NCBI GenBank assembly: GCA_963778555.1
Contig: CAVZUR010000002.1
Coordinates: 37,817 to 101,816 of the forward strand
Reading direction: 5' to 3'
From: Candidatus Moraniibacteriota bacterium
GTDB lineage: Bacteria; Patescibacteriota; Minisyncoccia; Moranbacterales; UBA1568
DNA: 64,000 nt
Below the pieces are notes generated by a model. It had not been told where the DNA came from. It saw nothing but the letters and a program-made list of their open reading frames with translations, and ran no database searches. A program made the position numbers and the translations under genes. This document shows, piece by piece, positions 58,561 to 64,000 of this stretch (positions are counted from its first letter, which is position 1; every line of letters starts with the position of its first letter).

Positions 58561-59115
58561 ATGAATAATGAACAGATTCGGCTGCTTCTCATTGATGACG
58601 ATTCCGACACCCGGGACATCTACGGTCAGTACTTTCGAGACGCCGGATTCCAATTGGACGAAGCAGAAAATGGAGCTGAAGGATTGGAGCGGATTCAGGC
58701 GGCGAAGCCCGATATCATCATCAGCGGCATTATCATGCCAAAAATGGATGGCTTTGAGTTGGTGGAGCGATTGAAACAAGATCCTGAAACGGCTCAGATT
58801 CCAATAATCTTTCTCTCGCATCTCGGCCGGCAGGACGACCAACATCGATCGAAAGAGCTCGGCGTGGACGACTTTATCGTCCGCGACACGACGCCGATAA
58901 AGGAGATTGTCACGCGCATCAAGGTGCTGCTTTCAGCGCAAGAATATATCCTCGCGATCGAGCAGAACAGTTTCGATGCAAAGCGCTTCGCAGCCGATAT
59001 GGGATTGCCAGAAAATTTCGCGAGCTCGGATGGTGTGAATGGCCGCTATGTTCTCCGGCTTCGCTTGGTCGACGCTGCCCAGCGCCGTTTCGGCGGCGAG
59101 ATCATCAGTGCCTGA
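58561..59115 (+). CDS. Atypical response regulator (receiver lacking the phospho-Asp) with C-terminal extension
   Basis: LLIDDD, PDIIISGIIMPKMDG, IIFLS, DDFIVR. Confidence 0.75.
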   Translation: MNNEQIRLLLIDDDSDTRDIYGQYFRDAGFQLDEAENGAEGLERIQAAKPDIIISGIIMPKMDGFELVERLKQDPETAQIPIIFLSHLGRQDDQHRSKELGVDDFIVRDTTPIKEIVTRIKVLLSAQEYILAIEQNSFDAKRFAADMGLPENFASSDGVNGRYVLRLRLVDAAQRRFGGEIISA

Positions 59116-59127
59116 AGTACACTATTC

Positions 59128-60828
59128 ATGGATCGCGTCTGGAAGGAAAAACCGGGATTTATCCGATATACGGCCCCACGCGGGCCGTCTTCTATCACTC
59201 AGGAATTGCTCCAACAGCGCGGAATCGCACCGGAAGCGACAGAGACATTCCTGTTTCCGGACTATGACCGCGATCTCCACGATCCCTTCCTTTTTCGCGA
59301 TATGGAGAAAGTTGTGACGCGGATCGATGCCGCCCGGCAGCACGGGGAGTGCATAGGTGTCTTTGGTGATTTTGATGCGGATGGCGTCACTGCATCAGTC
59401 ATCATGCGAGAAGCGCTCGAAGCGCTCGGGATTGATGTATTGGTCCACATCCCTCACAAGATTGATGAAGGTCATGGACTGAGCATCAAGGCTGTCGATC
59501 GTTTCAGGGAAGCGGGTGTACGAATTATTCTGACGCTCGACTGCGGCATGATGAATCATCGGGAGGTGGCGCTCGCCCGTGCTTCGGGTATGGAGACGAT
59601 CATCATCGACCATCACCATGTGCCCGAAGTCTTGCCGGAGGCGTTCGCGATCGTGAATCCGAAGCTGCCGGCCGATTCGTACCCATTCCGTGAATTATGT
59701 GGCGCCGGCACCACTTTCAAGGTTGCAACGGCCCTCTATCGGCGCCTCATTCCAGAGCGTGTCGACGAGCTGAAGTGGTTCTTGGATGTTGCCGCGATCG
59801 GAACGGTCGCAGATGTCATGCCGCTCATCGGCGAGAACCGCGTGCTGGTGAAGTATGGTCTGATTGTCCTCCAGAAAACCCGTCGTCCCGGTCTGCGCGA
59901 GATGTATGCCGTCGGGCGAATTCCGATCGATGATAGCCATATTCCTGACGCCCGCATGATTGCTTTCCAGATCGCGCCGCGTATCAATGCAGCCTCGCGG
60001 ATGGCGCATGCCGAGACGGCTCACGCGCTGCTCGTGACCGCTGACGTGGTGCAGGCCCGGCTGCTCGCCCTGGAATTGGAGAGCTATAATAGCGCGCGCC
60101 AAAAAGTGAGCCAGAAGGCAGCGGAAGCAGTCCATGAAGTCGCAGCTGATCATTTTTCGGATGAGAAATTCGTTATCGCGATCGGCCCGGAATATCCACT
60201 CGGTGTCGTAGGCCTGGTCGCCGGAAAAGTCGCGCGTGAGCTTGGCAAGCCGACCGGGGTGTTTCAGCGCGGAGCAGTGACCAGCACGGGGTCGTTTCGG
60301 AGCATCCCAGGCTTTAATGTGATTGAAGCATTGGAAACGTGTGCTGATCTTTTTGAGAAATTTGGCGGACACGATCAGGCTGCAGGACTGACCATCAAGA
60401 ATGAACGGATGCAAAATTTTCTCGAACGGTTTCGATTGATTGTGAACGAGCGCTTGCGGGGAGTCGAAACCGGACCCGAACTCCTCATTGACGCGGAGAT
60501 CCACCCCGATGATCTTTCCGGAGAATTAGTGCGCGTCATGGGCCAACTCGCGCCGTTTGGTGAGGGCAATCCAGAGCCCATCTTCCGTCTTTCCGGACTT
60601 GAAATTATGCATGCCCGGACAGTTGGTAAGGATGGCAAGCACTGGAAACTCAGCCTGCGCCCTGCGGCCGGGTCGGGGACGTTCGATGCGGTTGGCTGGT
60701 CTTTGACCGCGCCGTATCCGGATCTCGGACCAGGAGACGCGCTCTCCATCGTTTGTCAACTTGAGGAGAATTTCTGGAATGGACAGACGAAGCTTCAGTT
60801 GAAATTGCTTGATCTCCGTAAGCTGTAG
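59128..60828 (+). CDS. recJ: ssDNA exonuclease
   Basis: GDFDADG, DCG, DHH, GTVADV, PRINA, GSFRS, GGH. Confidence 0.93.
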   Translation: MDRVWKEKPGFIRYTAPRGPSSITQELLQQRGIAPEATETFLFPDYDRDLHDPFLFRDMEKVVTRIDAARQHGECIGVFGDFDADGVTASVIMREALEALGIDVLVHIPHKIDEGHGLSIKAVDRFREAGVRIILTLDCGMMNHREVALARASGMETIIIDHHHVPEVLPEAFAIVNPKLPADSYPFRELCGAGTTFKVATALYRRLIPERVDELKWFLDVAAIGTVADVMPLIGENRVLVKYGLIVLQKTRRPGLREMYAVGRIPIDDSHIPDARMIAFQIAPRINAASRMAHAETAHALLVTADVVQARLLALELESYNSARQKVSQKAAEAVHEVAADHFSDEKFVIAIGPEYPLGVVGLVAGKVARELGKPTGVFQRGAVTSTGSFRSIPGFNVIEALETCADLFEKFGGHDQAAGLTIKNERMQNFLERFRLIVNERLRGVETGPELLIDAEIHPDDLSGELVRVMGQLAPFGEGNPEPIFRLSGLEIMHARTVGKDGKHWKLSLRPAAGSGTFDAVGWSLTAPYPDLGPGDALSIVCQLEENFWNGQTKLQLKLLDLRKL

Positions 60829-60872
60829 GTTTTCGCTTGTGAGAGTCCGCCCGGGAAAGGTATACTGGACGT

Positions 60873-61310
60873 ATGCAAAAGATAGTCATGTATACCGATG
60901 GCGGTTCGCGCGGCAATCCCGGACCGGCGGCGCTTGGTGTGTATCTGGAGACGCTCGAGAAGCGCTACGGTGAGTTTCTCGGTGTCCGAACGAACAATGA
61001 AGCGGAGTACGCGGCTATCGTTTTTGGCCTGAAGAAGACGAAATCGCTTTTGGGAAAAGCGAAGGCAAAAGTGGCCGCGCTCGAATGCCGGATGGATTCG
61101 GAGCTCGCCTGCCGCCAATTGAACCATGAGTACAAGATTGAAAATTCGAAACTGCAGCCGCTTTTCCTGGAGGTGTGGAATCTGATGCTTGATTTCCATT
61201 CGGTCACATTCGTCCATGTGCCGCGGGAAAAAAATACGGTCGCGGATGCCGAGGCGAACCGGGCGATGGATGAGGCGGCGCGCCAGGTAGCGGGGAGACT
61301 TTTTTCATAA
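60873..61310 (+). CDS. rnhA: Ribonuclease HI (archaeal/actinobacterial type)
   Basis: TDGGSRGNPGPA, TNNEAEY, DSEL, VPREKN..AD. Confidence 0.88.
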   Translation: MQKIVMYTDGGSRGNPGPAALGVYLETLEKRYGEFLGVRTNNEAEYAAIVFGLKKTKSLLGKAKAKVAALECRMDSELACRQLNHEYKIENSKLQPLFLEVWNLMLDFHSVTFVHVPREKNTVADAEANRAMDEAARQVAGRLFS

Positions 61311-61318
61311 TGACGGAT

Positions 61319-62317
61319 ATGAAACTCAAAACAAAATTGTGGCTGGGGATACTCCTCATCATCGGTGTCTTATTTGGCTGGTACTGGGCAACTCGTCCGG
61401 ACCCATTCGCGGACCGGGTGACGGAAACAGTGACGCGTCTTGATGTCTCGGAAACGGTGAGTGTTTCGGGAGAGCTCGTACCAGCGGCTTACGCCGACCT
61501 ATCATTTCAGACGATCGGAACGGTCGAAGAGGTTTTTGTTACCGAAGAAGAAGCTGTCAAAGCGAATGACATTCTCGCTGTCCTTGACCGATCGATTCTC
61601 CAGTCGCAGCTTTCAGCGGCCCGTATTGACCAGACGATTGTCGAAGAGAATGAGAAGCTCGCCCGGCGCGGCTGGGACGATTTGAAGCCGGAGGAGCGAT
61701 CAGTCAAAAAACTCGCCAGCGAAGCCGCGCGTGAGGACGTGCGAACAGTCAATGCACAGTTGGAAAAATCAGTGATTCGTGCTCCTTTTGACGGGAAGGT
61801 TTCTCGCGTGAATCTGCGCTCGGGAGAGACAGCCGTTGTTGGATCCCCAGTCTTCCGGGTAGTCGGGGATGCGCATCTGATCGTCGAGGCGCGCGTGCCC
61901 GAATCGGATATCGTGAAGCTTTCTCTCGGCATGGATGCGGAAGTGACCTTTGACGCACTCCTTCCGACCGACATGTTTCGGGCCACGGTAGCGGCAATTG
62001 ATCCCGTCGCTACGATTGTCCAGGGCGTCGTCTCGTACGTCGTTTCTTTTGAAGTCGCCGATCTTGATCAGCGGTTGAAGGATGGGATGTCGGCCGATAT
62101 CGACATCGTGACCGCAAAGCGCGACCATGTCCTGGCCGTGCCGTTTCGTGCGCTCATCGCGCGCGGAGAAAAAACTTTCGCCACCCGTTTGCTCACGGAT
62201 GGTACGACGGAGGATATCGAAGTAAAGACTGGCCTGGAGGGAGATGATGGAACGGTCGAGATCCTCTCTGGACTCACGGACGGTGACGTCGTTATTGTGA
62301 GTGCCGTTTCAGAATAA
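61319..62317 (+). CDS. MacA-like periplasmic adaptor
   Basis: TM, lipoyl halves (G.VEEV, APFDG), GMSA, EILSGL..GD. Alternative start 61310. Confidence 0.8.
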   Translation: MKLKTKLWLGILLIIGVLFGWYWATRPDPFADRVTETVTRLDVSETVSVSGELVPAAYADLSFQTIGTVEEVFVTEEEAVKANDILAVLDRSILQSQLSAARIDQTIVEENEKLARRGWDDLKPEERSVKKLASEAAREDVRTVNAQLEKSVIRAPFDGKVSRVNLRSGETAVVGSPVFRVVGDAHLIVEARVPESDIVKLSLGMDAEVTFDALLPTDMFRATVAAIDPVATIVQGVVSYVVSFEVADLDQRLKDGMSADIDIVTAKRDHVLAVPFRALIARGEKTFATRLLTDGTTEDIEVKTGLEGDDGTVEILSGLTDGDVVIVSAVSE

Positions 62318-63054
62318 TGCTAGCCACGAACGCTGTGCTCATTACTGCCGAACAGCTGGCCAAGGTGTATGACAATGAGGGCGTGAAGACGGTCGCTCTT
62401 GAAGGTGCCTCGTTTACGATCGACCGGGGCGAATTTGTTTCCATTATGGGTCCATCGGGTTCGGGAAAGTCCACTCTGATGCAGGTGCTCGGTTTGCTCG
62501 ACCGTCCCACCGGCGGACGCTATCTCTTAGAGGGCACCGATGTCGCGACGCTGTCCGATGACGCACTGGCAGAACTACGCAACAAACGGATCGGTTTCGT
62601 CTTTCAGTCTTTCAATCTGCTGCCCAAGACGAGCGTCTTTGAAAATGTCGAACTGCCGCTCCTGTACGCGGCTGCTGTTTCAGAAGATAATCACGCGAAA
62701 ATCCGCGCCGCGCTGGAGTCGGTCGGTATGCTCCACCGCATGGAGTATCTTTCGAACCAGCTTTCGGGCGGCGAGAAACAGCGGGTCGCCATCGCTCGAG
62801 CACTCGTAAATGATCCTGAGATCATCTTCGCAGACGAGCCGACTGGCAATCTTGATTCGAAATCCGGATTGCAGGTCATGCGTATTCTCCAGGACCTGAA
62901 CGCAGCTGGCCGAACGATTATCGTCGTGACGCACGAGCGGGAGACGGCTGAGCATGCGATGCGCATACTCCGCATGCACGACGGGCATATCGTTGGGGAC
63001 GATCCGGTGATTGATCGCAAGAATGCGTATGCTGTCGGGGAGCGGCTGAAATAA
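62317..63054 (+). CDS. MacB-type ABC ATP-binding protein
   Basis: [26 protein letters not shown]. Confidence 0.88.
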   Translation: MLATNAVLITAEQLAKVYDNEGVKTVALEGASFTIDRGEFVSIMGPSGSGKSTLMQVLGLLDRPTGGRYLLEGTDVATLSDDALAELRNKRIGFVFQSFNLLPKTSVFENVELPLLYAAAVSEDNHAKIRAALESVGMLHRMEYLSNQLSGGEKQRVAIARALVNDPEIIFADEPTGNLDSKSGLQVMRILQDLNAAGRTIIVVTHERETAEHAMRILRMHDGHIVGDDPVIDRKNAYAVGERLK

Positions 63055-63067
63055 GATTCTCCGTCGT

Positions 63068-64000
63068 ATGAAGTTCTCCGATCCCGTCAAAATCGTCTAC
63101 CGCTCGCTGCAGACGGCACGTCTCCGGTTTCTTCTGACGGTACTCGGCGTGGTCATCGGGGTGGCCGCTGTGATTTTGGTCATGGGAATCGGGGCGAGCG
63201 CGCAACGCCTGGTGCTTTCACAGGTAGAAAGTATCGGCTCGAATCTCATCGGAATCCTCCCCGGCGCAGCGGCGGAAGACGGCCCGCCCGCCGCCGCCTT
63301 GGGCATAGTCACGACGACTCTGACGAATGATGATCTCACGGCGCTGCGCGACCGGCGAAACGTTCCCCATCTGATTGCCGTGTCGGGTTATGTGACCGGA
63401 TCAGCCACAGTCGCCTCGAAGCATGAATCGATCGAGTCAACCTTCCAGGGCGTTTCGCCGGCGATGGCGTCCATCGAGAATATCCAGGTTTCAGCCGGGC
63501 GGTTTTTCCAACTTGAGGAAGAGACCGATCTCTCCCGTGTCGCGGTGCTCGGTGCTGGTCGCGCTAAGGATCTCTTCCCTAATCGCAGTCCGGTAGGGGA
63601 AACCATCGAAGTCAAAGGCATCCCTTTCAAGGTAGTCGGCGTTCTCGCCGCGCGCGGCAGTGCAGCCTTTTCTAATCCCGATGTTGTCGTCTATGTGCCG
63701 CTAGAAACGGCGCAAAAGCTCCTGCTGGGTATCAACTACCTGAATTTTACTCGTGGAAAAGTGGACGCGCCAGAGAACATCAATCCGTCGCTCGCTGCCG
63801 TCGAGCGGGTACTGCGTGAGCGCCATGACCTCAAGGGAGGCGAGGAGTCTGATTTCTCCGTTCGAAGCACAGCCGCCGCACTGGGCATACTCACGAAGGT
63901 AACAGATATTCTCAGTTATTTCCTCCTCGCTATCGCCGCTCTTTCACTCCTGGTTGGTGGCATCGGTATCATGAATTCCATGCTAATCTCGGTTTCTCAG
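63068..64000 (+). CDS. MacB-type ABC permease, 3' truncated by window edge
   Basis: [33 protein letters not shown]. Confidence 0.85.
   Translation, partial: MKFSDPVKIVYRSLQTARLRFLLTVLGVVIGVAAVILVMGIGASAQRLVLSQVESIGSNLIGILPGAAAEDGPPAAALGIVTTTLTNDDLTALRDRRNVPHLIAVSGYVTGSATVASKHESIESTFQGVSPAMASIENIQVSAGRFFQLEEETDLSRVAVLGAGRAKDLFPNRSPVGETIEVKGIPFKVVGVLAARGSAAFSNPDVVVYVPLETAQKLLLGINYLNFTRGKVDAPENINPSLAAVERVLRERHDLKGGEESDFSVRSTAAALGILTKVTDILSYFLLAIAALSLLVGGIGIMNSMLISVSQ

Noticed and set aside
1-64000. tRNA, rRNA, prophage, IS or retroelement genes
   Set aside because: None recognised; intergenic gaps are short and no integrase, transposase or reverse-transcriptase motifs appear in the ORF track.

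Overview
A 64 kb, fairly GC-rich, gene-dense chromosomal segment with almost every gene on the + strand. Gene content (DUF4012, C39-like peptidase, short UvrC, reduced dcw cluster, pilC-minor pilin-pilMNO locus, no amino-acid or lipid biosynthesis pathways) suggests a Patescibacteria/CPR genome, probably Parcubacteria (inference), using genetic code 11. Housekeeping content: ybbAP-tesA, malic enzyme, DEAD-box helicase, uvrC/uvrA, type IV pilus genes, rlmN, miaB, xth, rarA, pepA, mraZ-rsmH-ftsL-ftsI-murF, khpA, rmlCBDA, glyA, galU, murJ, lepA, trxA, mltG, dnaJ (with a perfect CIRCE), recJ, rnhA and a MacAB-like transporter. About ten genes carry frameshifts that are probably consensus errors. 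I found no tRNA, rRNA, CRISPR array, integrase or transposase. The most interesting signals are non-coding: (1) a complete PheM/PheL-like leader-peptide attenuator (IFAFFFW, 1:2/2:3/3:4 helices) upstream of an unknown 78-aa Cys-rich protein; (2) a switch-like RNA upstream of mraZ and a stand-alone structured sRNA near 5.1 kb; (3) six self-contained promoter-SD-ORF-terminator cassettes, four with boxA-like leaders, in a genome whose core genes mostly lack SD and have U at -1; (4) a CsoR/RicR-type operator on an SDR gene; (5) palindromic elements at both ends of rmlB; (6) an orphan ending in an Hda-type clamp-binding motif.
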